Of a stretch of 64,000 bases of DNA, positions 1-11,300 are shown piece after piece. Source of the stretch: Candidatus Bathyarchaeota archaeon (lineage in GTDB: Archaea; Thermoproteota; Bathyarchaeia; 40CM-2-53-6; RBG-13-38-9). The stretch covers positions 960,001-1,024,000 of the forward strand of contig CAWECG010000003.1 in NCBI GenBank assembly GCA_963807605.1. The letters are read 5' to 3'. Numbering within the stretch: position 1 is the first letter of the stretch; each line of letters begins with the position of its first letter. The notes beneath the pieces were generated by a model, which saw nothing but the letters and a program-made list of their open reading frames with translations, did no database searches and was not told the DNA's origin. A program made the translations under genes and the position numbers.

Positions 1-612
1 CCTTCGGCGAACAAAGCTGGCAGACCAAGTCCGACAAAAGCTCAACATGTACTCGAAGACCTCAACGGGGAGGTAGATCTGATTATTGACGGAGGTGCGA
101 CTGAAGTCGGGCTGGAATCTACCGTCGTAGACCTCACAGTGAAGCCGCCACAGATACTCAGGCCAGGTGGAATCACTATCGAGATGTTGAGAGAGGTCTG
201 TGGGCGATTTCAGATTCATCCGGCGGTCTCGCATCAGTTGAGTGAGAAAGAAGCTGCAAAATCTCCAGGGATGAAATACAGGCACTATGCCCCAAAGGCA
301 AGCCTAACGGTTATTGTAGGAAAAGAGGATGATGTTCAGGGAAAAATTGCCGAATTGATACGCCATTTTAATTCGAAAGGCTTGAAGATCGGTGTGGCAA
401 CGACAACTGACAACAAGTATCAGACCGATCATCTAGAGAATCTGGGAGAATCAAAGGAAAAGATCGCGAAATGTCTATTTGACGTTTTTCGGAAGTTTGA
501 CAAAGCCGGAGTGGATGTGATACTCGCTGAGGGAGTTGACGAGGAAGGTCTCGGCCTAGCAATAATGAATCGACTTAAGAAGGCATCCGGGTACAAGATC
601 ATCGAAGTTTAG
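1..612 (+). CDS. sua5: Threonylcarbamoyl-AMP synthase Sua5 (5'-truncated by window edge)
   Basis: Frame 1 is open from base 1: PSANKAGRPSPT...GLESTVVD...LRPGGIT and SPGMKYRHYAP, GLGLAIMNRLKKAS (YrdC plus SUA5 domains). Confidence 0.95.
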   Translation, partial: PSANKAGRPSPTKAQHVLEDLNGEVDLIIDGGATEVGLESTVVDLTVKPPQILRPGGITIEMLREVCGRFQIHPAVSHQLSEKEAAKSPGMKYRHYAPKASLTVIVGKEDDVQGKIAELIRHFNSKGLKIGVATTTDNKYQTDHLENLGESKEKIAKCLFDVFRKFDKAGVDVILAEGVDEEGLGLAIMNRLKKASGYKIIEV

Positions 613-616
613 ATTA

Positions 617-1585
617 TCAACGATCTGAACTCAACTTTAGATTCACGCCCTCAACGGTAGACGGGATTTCTTTGCCGGATCCGAGGGGCTGGAAAACCTC
701 GTCAACACTCATTAAGCGAAAAGTGTTGAGGGTGGCTTGGCCTGACAGGACTTTGTATGCTCCGACGCATCGCTGAGAAACTTGCTCGATTACTATGGGG
801 GGTAGGTGAGGGGGAGGGCCGTCGCCTTGGTAACCACTTCTCATGAGAAAGTCTCTCAGAAACTCTTTGTCCAAAGAGTAGGCCTCTTGTCTCTCACCTA
901 CGCGATAGCTCTTGCTAGACCAGAGGCGGGCTGAGTCGTGTGTCGGGGGCTCGTCTATCTGCATTAGATGATCTCCTGCACGACCATATTCGAGCTTGAA
1001 GTCTGGGATAATAAGCCCTCTTCTTGAAGCTTCAGCCTTGTAGAACTCGTAGAGTCTGAAAGTAGCCTCCTCGAGCGTTCCCCATTCTTCTCTTGAGACA
1101 AAACCTTTACCCAGAGCTTCTTCTCGGGACAACGTAACGTCATGTCCCAGATCGCTTTTAGTAGTAGGTGTAAGTAAAGATTCAGGCAACTCTTCAGCCA
1201 TCCGCAGTCCAGCAGGAAGAGTCACTCCCCCGAGGGTACGTTCTCCCTTCTCATAGGCCCGCCAGGCTGAACCATAAAGATACCCTCGAGCAATCCACTC
1301 AACGTCAATTCTCTCAGTCTTTACGACTTTGATGCTTCTATCATCAACCTTCTCAACGAAATGATTCGGAAATACTGATTTGGTCTTGTCAAACCAGTAC
1401 GCAGATAACTGGTTCAAAGCCCACCCTTTAAGAGGGATGCCATTCGGGAGGACTACGTCGAAGGCTGAAACCCTATCGGTCGAGACAATCAGCAGAAAGT
1501 CCGTCAGATCATAGACATCCCGCACCTTTCCTCGCCTAAAGACTGGCAGCGGATAGTTGGATTGCAGTAAAATTTCGTGATTCAT
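617..1585 (-). CDS. purC: SAICAR synthase
   Basis: RGKVRDVY, STDRVSAFD, RGYLYGS, PTTK, DFKLEYG, SLDKEFLRD motifs. Confidence 0.95.
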   Translation of the reverse strand: MNHEILLQSNYPLPVFRRGKVRDVYDLTDFLLIVSTDRVSAFDVVLPNGIPLKGWALNQLSAYWFDKTKSVFPNHFVEKVDDRSIKVVKTERIDVEWIARGYLYGSAWRAYEKGERTLGGVTLPAGLRMAEELPESLLTPTTKSDLGHDVTLSREEALGKGFVSREEWGTLEEATFRLYEFYKAEASRRGLIIPDFKLEYGRAGDHLMQIDEPPTHDSARLWSSKSYRVGERQEAYSLDKEFLRDFLMRSGYQGDGPPPHLPPIVIEQVSQRCVGAYKVLSGQATLNTFRLMSVDEVFQPLGSGKEIPSTVEGVNLKLSSDR

Positions 1586-1761
1586 TCACCCTCACTCCAG
1601 CAACGATTCCTGAGGTAGATCTTTGATTCTAGTCAACAAAGCCACTGTTGCAGATTTGAAATAGAACAGTCCAATACTTGTGCCTTTCTTGGATGAACGC
1701 ATCTTGTTCCCCTACGCCAAGGGACGGAAATATTATCTTGACGTAGATCGCTGTTGTGGAC

Positions 1762-2245
1762 TCATAAGGTAGAAGAAACGCTCAGCATTGATCGTGGGAT
1801 CCTGAAACCACTCGGCCTTGTCAAAGCAATAAAGATAACGGGTTGCCGCCTTCCATTGTTTGGAGACCTTATGACATGAGTAGGAGTTGCGTCTAGTCCC
1901 ACACCCAAAGAGCATGTCAGGATTTCTCTATCCCAAACAGTAGATTTGATCTTTTTAGCCAACTCTCCGGCTTTTACAAAACTTCGAACCCTTTGACTTG
2001 CATCTAAGAAAGCTTCATCGATTCCTGTCTGCTCGAACCTGTCAGCGAAGGCTCTAAGTACTGCCATTACCCTCCCTGAGAACGGCTCGTATAGCGCGAA
2101 GTCTACTGGCAGATATACTCCCCGAGGACAAAGCTTCCAAGCACGGGATATTGGCATCGTAAAACAAATACCAAATTTTCTAGCTTCGTAATTGGGGCAC
2201 TGACAACACCGCGCCCGAGGCCCTGTTTGGGATCAGCTCGCGCGC
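1762..2245 (-). pseudogene. dbh: Y-family DNA polymerase IV (DinB/Dbh) fragment, frameshifted and truncated at both ends
   Basis: ADPKQGLGRGVVS (frameshift) NYEARKFGI..MPISRAWKLCP...EQTGIDEAFLD...TCSLGVG, then similarity is lost; the N-terminal VDMD motif is absent. Confidence 0.85.
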
Positions 2246-2267
2246 TCCGAAGTGCTCCAAGGCGGAC

Positions 2268-3461
2268 TCATTTGTCGTTGAGTATCTCTATTCCAGGGAG
2301 AATCTTTCCTCCGACGTATTCTAGCGAGGCACCCCCCCCAGTTGAGATATGGCTGACTTCAGATTCTGTTACTCCAGCCTTCCCCAAAGCCGAGACTGAA
2401 TCGCCGCCCCCAACAACTGTTGTCGCGCCACGAAAATGTGCAAGAGCGATTGCCAATGCCACATCGGCAGTTCCGTGGGAGAACTCTTTAAGCTCGAATA
2501 GACCCATTGGGCCGTTCCAGAACACTGTTCCATGCGTAGAAGATATTACGGACGTGTAGGTCCCGGAAGTTAGAGGGCCTATGTCGAACCCCATCATGTC
2601 AGGCGGAATGTCTCCGCGCACATATCGAAATTGGTTGGCAGAATCGATATTCGGCGCGACTAAATGATCTTCTGGGAGAAGAATCTTATCTTCTCTGTTA
2701 AGAATTTCGCTAGCCCATGGTACAAAATCATTCTCGATTGGAGATTCTCCTATCGATATACCCTTTGACGCTAGGAAGGTATATGCTATGCAGCCTCCAA
2801 TTAATACTTTGTTTGCTTTTTCGATCAACCTTCTCAATGCATCTATCTTGTCGTGGATCTTTGCTCCTCCGATTACTAATGTGAACGGTTGGGTGGGTTC
2901 ATCTCTTATCTTGGTAAGGTATTCTAGTTCCTTCTGTAGTTGAAGGCCTGCGAGCCTGTACTGTAGCAGGCTGGGCGCTCCATATGTTGATGCATGCTTT
3001 CTATGGGAGACGCTGAATGCTTCGTTGACATATATTTCTGCTAGGGATGCGAGTGAACGGGAGAATCCATCATCATCTTTCTCTTCTTCGGAATGGAAGC
3101 GTAAGTTCTCTAGAACGAGAATATCTCCATCAGTCAGATTCTTGATTGAATTCTCGACATCTTTGCCGATACATTCACTGATCCATCTAATCTTTCTGTT
3201 TGGGAGGAGCTTCTGGAGGCATTCGGCTACGGGTTTCAGTGACATCGTCGGGTCAGGTTTTCCTTCGGGTCTCCCCAGGTGAGAAGCGACGATGAGCCTT
3301 GCGCCTCTGGTAGAGAGATAGTTCAATGTTGGTGTGGAGCTTCTAATTCTGAAGTCATCATCAACTTGACCTTCTCTTAGAGGGACGTTATAGTCTACCC
3401 TAACTAGAGTTCTCTTCCCTTTGTAGAATTCGTTCGGAAGATCGGCTATGGAAGCCTTCAT
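2268..3461 (-). CDS. pgk: Phosphoglycerate kinase
   Basis: RVDYNVP, SHLGRP, LENLRF, GGAKIHDKI, WNGPMGLFE, HISTGGGASLE. Confidence 0.97.
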   Translation of the reverse strand: MKASIADLPNEFYKGKRTLVRVDYNVPLREGQVDDDFRIRSSTPTLNYLSTRGARLIVASHLGRPEGKPDPTMSLKPVAECLQKLLPNRKIRWISECIGKDVENSIKNLTDGDILVLENLRFHSEEEKDDDGFSRSLASLAEIYVNEAFSVSHRKHASTYGAPSLLQYRLAGLQLQKELEYLTKIRDEPTQPFTLVIGGAKIHDKIDALRRLIEKANKVLIGGCIAYTFLASKGISIGESPIENDFVPWASEILNREDKILLPEDHLVAPNIDSANQFRYVRGDIPPDMMGFDIGPLTSGTYTSVISSTHGTVFWNGPMGLFELKEFSHGTADVALAIALAHFRGATTVVGGGDSVSALGKAGVTESEVSHISTGGGASLEYVGGKILPGIEILNDK

Positions 3462-3541
3462 CTCGTTTCAACACGCCCAATTGAACATTTCGCCCAAATT
3501 AGGCCTTTGACAGTCTTCAAAATGCGATTCCAGTTGTCCAG

Positions 3542-4852
3542 TCATCCCGTACTGTTCACTTTCTGCTTAAGTTGAGAAACAAGAATGGGCATCAGCTCAG
3601 ATCCTTTGGGAAGGACTCCCAGACTTCCTTTCGCGCACTCTCTCTCACAGAACTTCCTCAGCCCATCTCCTAAAATGTTTCTTCCAGCAATAAGAAGGGG
3701 GACAGGATCATCTGAGTGAGATTTCATCTCGCATGGAGTTGAATGATCAGCTGACACGCAAGTCAGAATCTCTTCAGGATCCACCGCACCGCGCAATTTG
3801 CCAAAGAAGTCCGCATCGATAATCTCTATTGATCTTTTCTTTAATTCAAAATTGCCATCATGAGCCGGTTCGTCAGGACCCTTGATGTGAATGTAGAATG
3901 CATCATGATACTGAAGATTTTCAAGTAGCTTACTGGCCTTGAGTTGGCTGTCGCGACTCAGGTTGTCTGATGGTGGAGGGATCTCTATGGTTGCCATGCC
4001 AGCTAGGGTGGCTATGCCTTTCTCAACAGGCATCTCGACTATTGATGCAAAGTCAATGTTGTATTTCTTGTTGATATCGAAGAGTGTTGGTAGCCTATTG
4101 CCTGCGTCTCGCGTTAATATTGCGTTGGCCTTCAATTTACCAGATGACTCTCTCTTGATGTTTATGGGATGATACTCTAGGAGCGTGCGGGTCTTCTCTA
4201 CGAACTCGTTGACCAGTTTTGCGGAAATATTAGCCTCATGAGTCGCGTCCATCGGTTTACATTCTTCTAGAGAAGTCTCCGCTCCGAGCTTGGACTTTGC
4301 TACGCCAAACCCCCCGATATGTGTGTAGGCAGCATCTGTATTCGTGATATTCCCTGACAAGGAGCCATTGCTCTTCCTGATGACGAGAACTGCCCGGTAA
4401 CCGACGGTGCTCTTGAACTCGAACCTAGAAGGTACCGTTTCAAGCCTTATCTCTGAATTAATTGATTTGCTTAGCTCGGTTGCTTCAGAGGTTGTCAGAT
4501 TTCTTCCAACGCGGCGGTCTAGGATCTTATTGGTACTATCTACCGTTGCAAAGTTGCATCTGAGGGCGAGATCCCCATCATTCACAATCATGTTTGCGCC
4601 AAAAGCCTCCAAAGGCCCCCTTCCCGTGTAGAATTTTGCGGGATCATATCCCAATATTGAAACGACTGCAACATCACTCTCAGGAGCTATTCCCTTTCCG
4701 ACTGTGTACATCAGCCCGAGTTTTCCCTTTGGGACTAATTTGTCGAGGTTAGGGGTTTCTGCAGCTTCAAGTGGAGTTTTATTTCCTAGTTCTGAAATTG
4801 GGCGATCGCCCAAGCCATCGATGACCACATAGAGAAGTTTTCCTTCCTTCAG
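3542..4852 (-). CDS. apgM: 2,3-BPG-independent phosphoglycerate mutase (archaeal ApgM)
   Basis: VIDGLGDRP, KTPLEAAETPNLD, HIKGPDEPAHDG, SADHSTP, HSDDPVP; frame extends to a probable CTG start at 4852. Confidence 0.95.
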   Translation of the reverse strand: MKEGKLLYVVIDGLGDRPISELGNKTPLEAAETPNLDKLVPKGKLGLMYTVGKGIAPESDVAVVSILGYDPAKFYTGRGPLEAFGANMIVNDGDLALRCNFATVDSTNKILDRRVGRNLTTSEATELSKSINSEIRLETVPSRFEFKSTVGYRAVLVIRKSNGSLSGNITNTDAAYTHIGGFGVAKSKLGAETSLEECKPMDATHEANISAKLVNEFVEKTRTLLEYHPINIKRESSGKLKANAILTRDAGNRLPTLFDINKKYNIDFASIVEMPVEKGIATLAGMATIEIPPPSDNLSRDSQLKASKLLENLQYHDAFYIHIKGPDEPAHDGNFELKKRSIEIIDADFFGKLRGAVDPEEILTCVSADHSTPCEMKSHSDDPVPLLIAGRNILGDGLRKFCERECAKGSLGVLPKGSELMPILVSQLKQKVNSTG

Positions 4853-4907
4853 GAGATTTCACCCACTGCAAGTCTTGACTGATGCATTTGTCGGCTTCCT
4901 CCAATAA

Positions 4908-6980
4908 CTATATCGTTGGAGTGAATCGCCTTAGAAAGAGAGCGTTTGTAACAACGGTCACTGAGCTGAAAGCCATGGCTGCAGCGGCGAACATCGGGTT
5001 GAGTAGTATCTTGAAAGTAGGGTATAAAACACCTGCAGCAACTGGAATGAATGCAACATTGTAAAAAAATGCCCAAAAGAGATTCTGCTTAATCTTCCCG
5101 ACTGTTCGCTTGCTCAGTTGAATCGAAGCTACAACGTCACGTAAATCGTCTCTTATCAGAACTATGCCCCCGGTCTCCAAAGCTACGTCCGTCCCACTTC
5201 CAATTGCTATTCCGATATCTAATTGGGCTAGGGCCGGTGCGTCGTTGATTCCATCTCCGACCATCCCAACAATCTTTCCTTCCGATTGAAGTCTCTTGAT
5301 GACGTCAGCCTTCTCGGCAGGTAGAACTTCAGCCACAACATTATCTATACCGGCCTGTTTGGCTATGGCACGTGCCGTACGTTCGTTGTCGCCTGTCAGC
5401 ATTGTTACTTCTATGTCCATGCTGCGGAGTTCTTTGATGGCTACTTTTGAACTCTCCTTCAAAGTGTCGGCGACTGCTATGAGGCCTGCAAGCTTTCCGT
5501 CTATAGATGTAATCATAACCGTCTTGCCTTCATGCTCGAGTGTTATTATGTCGTCCTCGACTTGAGCTATTGAAATTCCGTTATCTGCCATAAGTCTGCG
5601 GTTGCCAAGCAACACTTTCTTTGCATCGCATGCGGCTGCTACTCCCTTTCCTGGGAGTGCTTCAAAGGATTCTAGGCGGGGTATGGTCAATCCTTTGCTT
5701 TTAGCGGCGTTTACGATAGCTTCTCCTAGGGTATGCTCAGAGCCGCTTTCAGCAGAAGCTGAGAACTCCAGAACCTGACTCTTATCGTATGGAGCCAATG
5801 CGAATATATCGGTGACTGATGGTTCTCCTTTGGTGAGAGTTCCAGTCTTGTCGAAGACTATGGCATTGAGTTTGTGAGCTTTCTCTAGGTATTCGCCTCC
5901 TTTGATCAGTATACCATTCTCAGCACCCTTGCCTGTGCCGACCATTATGGCTGCGGGAGTCGCGATCCCTAGGGCGCACGGGCAGGCGATTATTAGCACA
6001 GCTATGAAGACGCCTAGCGCGAAGACTAATCCTAAACCAAGCATATTCCATATGATGAATGATATTGTTGCGATGGCTATTACTGCAGGGACGAAATATG
6101 AGGATACAAGGTCGGCGAGTCTTTGAATTGGCGCTCTGGCCACCTGGGCTTCCTCGACGAGCTTAATGATCTGTGATAGCATGGTGTCGGAGCCAACCTT
6201 GATTGCCTTGAATTTGAGGAGACCTGCCTTGTTGATTGTTGCTCCTATGACCTGGTCTCCGACCTGTTTCTCAACGGGGATGCTCTCACCAGTGATCATC
6301 TTTTCGTCGACAGTGGAGTAGCCCTCAACTACTTCCCCGTCAACTGGTATTCTTTCTCCAGGACGAACAACAATAATATCGCCGACGTTGACTTGCTCTA
6401 CCGGAATCGCTACCTCGGATCCTTCCCTGATTACCGTAGCGTCTTGAGGTTGAAGTCCCATAAGCTTTCTAATTGCCTCAGATGCCTTGCCTTTAGCGAG
6501 GTCCTCAAACAATTTACCAAGAAGTATCAATGCTATTATCACGGCAGCCGTATCGAAGTAGACTGTCCCCTCAGGAAAGGCTGAAGGATTGAAAGTGACG
6601 ATCGTACTATAGCTCCAAGCAGCTGAAGTGCCCAATGCGATCAAAGTATCCATGTTAGCACTTCTGCTCTGAATAGCATTCCAAGTTCCTTTGTAGTATC
6701 GCCAGCCCGCGATGAACTGTACAGGTGTGGCTAGAAGGAAGAGCCAGATGTTGTTCGGAAGATAAGGAAGTATTGGTAAGTACGTAAAGACGAGTGTTGG
6801 GATACCAAGTATGATGCTAAAGGCGACGAGGATCTTCATATTTCTCAGCTCAACTTCAGGTCTGAGAAATGTTTTGAGGCAAGTCTCGCTGCAGAAATAG
6901 TAAGTTATTCCGCGAACTGTAGCTTTGAGCTTACTAGTCTTCTCATCGACATACATTCCACAAATTGGATCCTTAGCCAA
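4908..6980 (-). CDS. copA: Cu(+)-translocating P1B-type ATPase with N-terminal YHS/TRASH metal-binding domain
   Basis: [43 protein letters not shown] and MAFSS motifs. Confidence 0.95.
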   Translation of the reverse strand: MAKDPICGMYVDEKTSKLKATVRGITYYFCSETCLKTFLRPEVELRNMKILVAFSIILGIPTLVFTYLPILPYLPNNIWLFLLATPVQFIAGWRYYKGTWNAIQSRSANMDTLIALGTSAAWSYSTIVTFNPSAFPEGTVYFDTAAVIIALILLGKLFEDLAKGKASEAIRKLMGLQPQDATVIREGSEVAIPVEQVNVGDIIVVRPGERIPVDGEVVEGYSTVDEKMITGESIPVEKQVGDQVIGATINKAGLLKFKAIKVGSDTMLSQIIKLVEEAQVARAPIQRLADLVSSYFVPAVIAIATISFIIWNMLGLGLVFALGVFIAVLIIACPCALGIATPAAIMVGTGKGAENGILIKGGEYLEKAHKLNAIVFDKTGTLTKGEPSVTDIFALAPYDKSQVLEFSASAESGSEHTLGEAIVNAAKSKGLTIPRLESFEALPGKGVAAACDAKKVLLGNRRLMADNGISIAQVEDDIITLEHEGKTVMITSIDGKLAGLIAVADTLKESSKVAIKELRSMDIEVTMLTGDNERTARAIAKQAGIDNVVAEVLPAEKADVIKRLQSEGKIVGMVGDGINDAPALAQLDIGIAIGSGTDVALETGGIVLIRDDLRDVVASIQLSKRTVGKIKQNLFWAFFYNVAFIPVAAGVLYPTFKILLNPMFAAAAMAFSSVTVVTNALFLRRFTPTI

Positions 6981-7043
6981 TGGGATTGACCTCTAGTTTT
7001 CGAATTTGGTGAGGGGCGTAGAAAAGGATGGGATTTTCCATTC

Positions 7044-7187
7044 TCAAGTGAGGTACTTGGAGGTGTTCTTATCGAAGTCCTCCTTGCAGCCTAGGGAACA
7101 GAAATAATAGGTCTTGTCTTTGTAGATGCTCTTGAATTTTGCAGATTTCTCATCAACATTCATTCCGCAGATGGGGTCTTTGGCCAA
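7044..7187 (-). CDS. Stand-alone YHS/TRASH metallochaperone (47 aa, not in ORF track)
   Basis: Hand translation from TTG gives [47 protein letters not shown]; GAGGTGA SD upstream; lies directly upstream of copA. Confidence 0.9.
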   Translation of the reverse strand: MAKDPICGMNVDEKSAKFKSIYKDKTYYFCSLGCKEDFDKNTSKYLT

Positions 7188-7208
7188 GCATTTCACCTCA
7201 TATGTCTG

Positions 7209-7220
7209 ATGCATATGCAT
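7209..7220. promoter_or_regulatory. Palindrome ATGCATATGCAT upstream of the YHS-copA unit, candidate operator
   Basis: Perfect 12-bp palindrome about 20 bp upstream of the YHS start. Confidence 0.3.
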
Positions 7221-7225
7221 TTGTC

Positions 7226-7405
7226 TTATAGATTTAGTTCGGTCCTAGCTTTTACAACTTGAAGTATGTCACTATGAGTCACTATTCCCAGTAATTTTCC
7301 GCTGGCTACAACCAGGGCTTGCCCAACATCATACCTTGACATCTTCATCATGACTTCAACGGCGTCTTGGTCCGGCCTAACTGTGACTATCTTTTCAGCG
7401 CGCTT
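7226..7405 (-). pseudogene. CBS-domain fragment lacking its N-terminal part (C-terminal relic)
   Basis: KIVTVRPDQDAVEVMMKMSRYDVGQALVVASGKLLGIVTHSDILQVVK*; no start codon upstream of the domain. Confidence 0.7.
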
Positions 7406-7463
7406 TCTTGGTGTTGAAAGTAGATGGTTATGTTGAGCCCACGAGTACTGGCGAAGAGTAGCT

Positions 7464-7697
7464 TCAGGCGGAGGCTGGGGACAAGACTACCTCAAAGTCT
7501 TCTCCTCTGTATATTACCTGCATCAAGACATAGAGGAAATCCTCTCTGCTTGGTAGTAGTAATCCCTTAGCAAGGAGTCCTTCATAGACTTGATGAGGCT
7601 TGACTTCAGCGTTTGAGACAGGGACTATTACTGGCGCGTTCACTTCATCCTCGATGTAGATTTCGCTGTTCCGCCTTACTACCCGAAGTCGTGTCAT
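7464..7697 (-). CDS. Hypothetical protein (77 aa)
   Basis: ATG start with GAGGAG SD upstream and protein-like composition. Confidence 0.55.
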   Translation of the reverse strand: MTRLRVVRRNSEIYIEDEVNAPVIVPVSNAEVKPHQVYEGLLAKGLLLPSREDFLYVLMQVIYRGEDFEVVLSPASA

Positions 7698-7899
7698 CTT
7701 GTTTCTTGTTTACTCTCCTCGTCTGGTCGAGTATAGTATGATGGGGTTACCTATCAACTTTTTTTGATCTAGATCTCTGTTGCAAAAAGCAGAATGCTTA
7801 GTTACTGAGATCTTTGAAGGATTGATCTAGTCTGTTCCGAGTCAATGTTATATTTAGAGCTAGAGTGCTCGGGTTATCAGTACCAGACTTCTGTTTAGA

Positions 7900-8337
7900 T
7901 TATTTTCTCCTTGAGTAAAGTCCGATTAATTCTGCTTTAGCGAGAGTGTGTTTTTCGACCGTCTTAAGGAAGTTCTTTTGATCAACACCTTCGAGATGGT
8001 TGATGTCGAGTGCGTAGATGGTGAATATGTAACGGTGCGTTCCTGATGGCGGGCAGGGACCGCCATAATTCTTATTTCCAAAGTCATTTTGAATTTGCTG
8101 GGCGTCCTTGGGCATTTTGCCTTGATCGATGCCTTTCGTGTCCTTAGGAATGTCACAGATAAGCCAATGAACGAAGTCTCCTCCGGGAGCATCAGGATCA
8201 ACCACGGTTAGGGCGTAACTCTTGGTGCCACTAGGTGAATCTTCCCACGATAGTCTAGGAGAGATGTCAGCGCCATCGCAAGTGAATTTGGAGGGGATCG
8301 TACTGTTGTGCTGAAAGTCGCTGCTTGTCAACTTCAC
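7900..8337 (-). CDS. YbhB/YbcL (PEBP) family protein
   Basis: TCDGADISP, DPDAPGGDFVHW, YGGPCPPSGTHRY. Confidence 0.95.
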   Translation of the reverse strand: MKLTSSDFQHNSTIPSKFTCDGADISPRLSWEDSPSGTKSYALTVVDPDAPGGDFVHWLICDIPKDTKGIDQGKMPKDAQQIQNDFGNKNYGGPCPPSGTHRYIFTIYALDINHLEGVDQKNFLKTVEKHTLAKAELIGLYSRRK

Positions 8338-8360
8338 GGGCTCGTCACCTTCCAGTTGAA

Positions 8361-11300
8361 TTATTCTCTTTTTCTTCTTTTATTCATTACCATTGTTAAC
8401 GTGTAGGCAACCCCGATTCCTATGATTGTTAAGAAGGGGAATTGTGTGATGTTGAATTCAGGAATTGGAATTCCACTTTGGACTAGGTAGAAGTTGTATG
8501 TGGCAAGTCCTCCGTCGGGAACCATGATAGTGGAGCTTTGTGAGGTTAGACCAGGGTGGTCAACTATGATACTATAGACTCCATGAGGCAGATATGTTTC
8601 ATACAGACCGTCCCAAGTGTAACTGATGTGGGTGTAATTGTCTTGATAGGTTACGGAGGCCCAGCTTACACTTCTCAGATCCCTTCGGATATTGTAGAAT
8701 GCGACCGTTCCATGAACTTGTCCTCTCATATGAAGTGAGAATATGGCTGATGAGCCCCCTCCCAAGCTTGCGGGGGGGAGTCTAATCGTCTCTCTCAGCT
8801 CGAATGGACCAGGGTGATTATACGGGAGGATAGTTGTCATGTTCCATGTTTGCAACTCACCTTGAAGCATAGCAAATGGAGGAGGATAGAATTCTGTAGG
8901 CCTATACCAGTTAGCCATCTCCACCGTCACGTACCATCCTCCAGAATACATTCCTGCTAGCGGAGTAGGGGAACTACCCCAAATTCCGCTGTCAGCTGAG
9001 TAGAGGGTAAGCAGAAATCGTGCTTGCGCTTCCGCAGTTGGATCTATATATCTCAGGAGACCCGCCAGACCCTTATATTCAACCTGCTGGGTTCCCGCCG
9101 GTATGGCTACTGAACCGCTGGCATTAATCACTTTTTTTCCGTCAGTAAAGAATCCAAGATCCGAGGAGGGTTGGACGGCCCCTATATCAAGTGATGTCGT
9201 GGCCGCAGCTACCAAGGCGTCTCTGTCGTCGTAGACGCTTATACGCATGGTCATGTTGTAAGGTAGGGTGGTTGGGAGGTCTTCTTTTTCGAAGTCTATC
9301 GCGAAATTGAATTCTACACCTTTGATTAGTCGGATGGGTGCATCTGCGATCTGACCCATACTTACGTCGACAATGATTTTACCGAGGTCACCCAGAGTGG
9401 TGACGCCCTCTTGGACGTAGCCATAAGTCCATCCAGTGATTGCGTATCGACCAGGATAGATGGCAACGGCAGATCTAAGGTTCGGAGTCCTGTAAAATGT
9501 GGGTTGATACAAGAATCCTATTTTTTCAGCTTGAAAGAAGACATTGGTGGAGAAATACTGTTGAGAGGGGAATGACGGTAATGACGGAAGATCTGGACCA
9601 TAGCTTTCTAGGATAGTCGAGCCGTTCGTGATTAGCATGCTTGCTGATGGACCGAATACGATTCTCCAATTCGGCCAAGGTATAACTGAGAAAGCCGATT
9701 CTGTCGTGGGCAGGGTCCATACATGTCTGATGGAGTCCCAAAAGCTAATAGAATCAACGAAAGAGTCTGAGGCTACGTCGTATACCAGAACTGATGCTGT
9801 TGTTCCGTTATAACTCCATAGGCGTCGAATAGGAGGGTTCTCCCAGTTGATGGAGTAGACTGTGGTGTTTATTCCCCCGCCTCTGAACATGTGCGCACTG
9901 ACCGATGAGTTGCTGCACATCGAGATCGAGAAGCCGACAGCTCTGTCGAGATCAATCAATTCATTACCTGGAGCTAATGCTTGGATGTAACCTCGCATGT
10001 ACATGTAAAGCGAGTATGAGCTTGGATACATTCCATAATCTCGTAATCCACGATAGCGGAAGAGAGAATACTTGATTCCAGCCCTAGGATCTGGGGGTGG
10101 TATGACCCCTGCCATGCCAAGCCCGTTAAGGGTCAAGCTCGCAGAGGCGGAGAGGGCTGATACAAAAGTGAAATTGAAGGCTGACAATACCCCTTGAGAA
10201 TCTAGAGCCTCAACCACGAGGAATCTTCCAGGATCAGGTCCCCCAATTGGTTTCTCCTGCATACCTCCAATCGCATCATGAAAATGGACTGTGAGGTTTA
10301 GGCTTCCTGAAAGCCACAGATCCATCTGGAAGGCGACACCTAGAGTCTGCCCTTGGGTTAACGTGAAGTAGTAATCTTTGAAGTTCGAACCTGAAATGTC
10401 TGTCTGAATATAACCGTTCACATATGCGCGAACGAAGTAAGTGCCGGGTCCTAGACCGTCGATCCATGTGGCAAATACTTGAGGAACCATACCGCTGAAC
10501 CTGTAAGGCGCGCCGAAATAGCGTTGAAAGCCAAACTGGAAGCGAAATGAAGATTTGCCGGATCCTAGGCCGGTTACAGGGTCGAAGCTTCCGGTGGGGC
10601 TGACCCACCAAGTCTGGGCAGGACCGACTCCGTTGTAGAGTCCGAAGGGATCCTTGAAGGGCGGAAGGGCAGTAGAGGGGTAATAGCTGATCGGGCCCTC
10701 CCAGGGGAAGGCGACGAGCTTCGGAGAGTTCGGGGGGAGCAATATGCCGGAGCTGAATATGGTGTTTCCCGTAACATATGATGTGTAAGGAGCATGTGTG
10801 AGATTGAGTGGCGAGTAACTGACGACATTATCCTCGACATAACTGTCGCTATCGTATATGACTACGCTGATGGGGAGATCGCCTTTCCAGGGTGTAATAC
10901 CTAAGCAACTCTTTGAGTCAATCTCGCCCAGTATCTCTGGTCCTGGCACAAGATAGAGATCAAGGCCGAGAGACTGTCCTCTGTAGACTATCACCTTCTC
11001 AGTTGTTATCAGTTCGGGCAGACCTGCTGCGCTTGCATAGATGCTGTAGATACCCGGAGCCACACCCTCTATTTCGAAATGTCCTTTTGCGGAGGCATTG
11101 AAGTATCCCCTGGCCTCCACAACCCTTCCCGTTGGAACACCTGTAACAGGATCAGAGGCGACGCCGATTGCTCTAACCCTTCCTGGAAGATCAATCGGCT
11201 TGCCGTAAAGCTCTAAATTCGATTCTTCCCCATATCTAACAGTTCCATAAATAATAGCGGGGTCCAGTTCCCCCTTGACAAGGAGAACAGGCCAGTTCTC

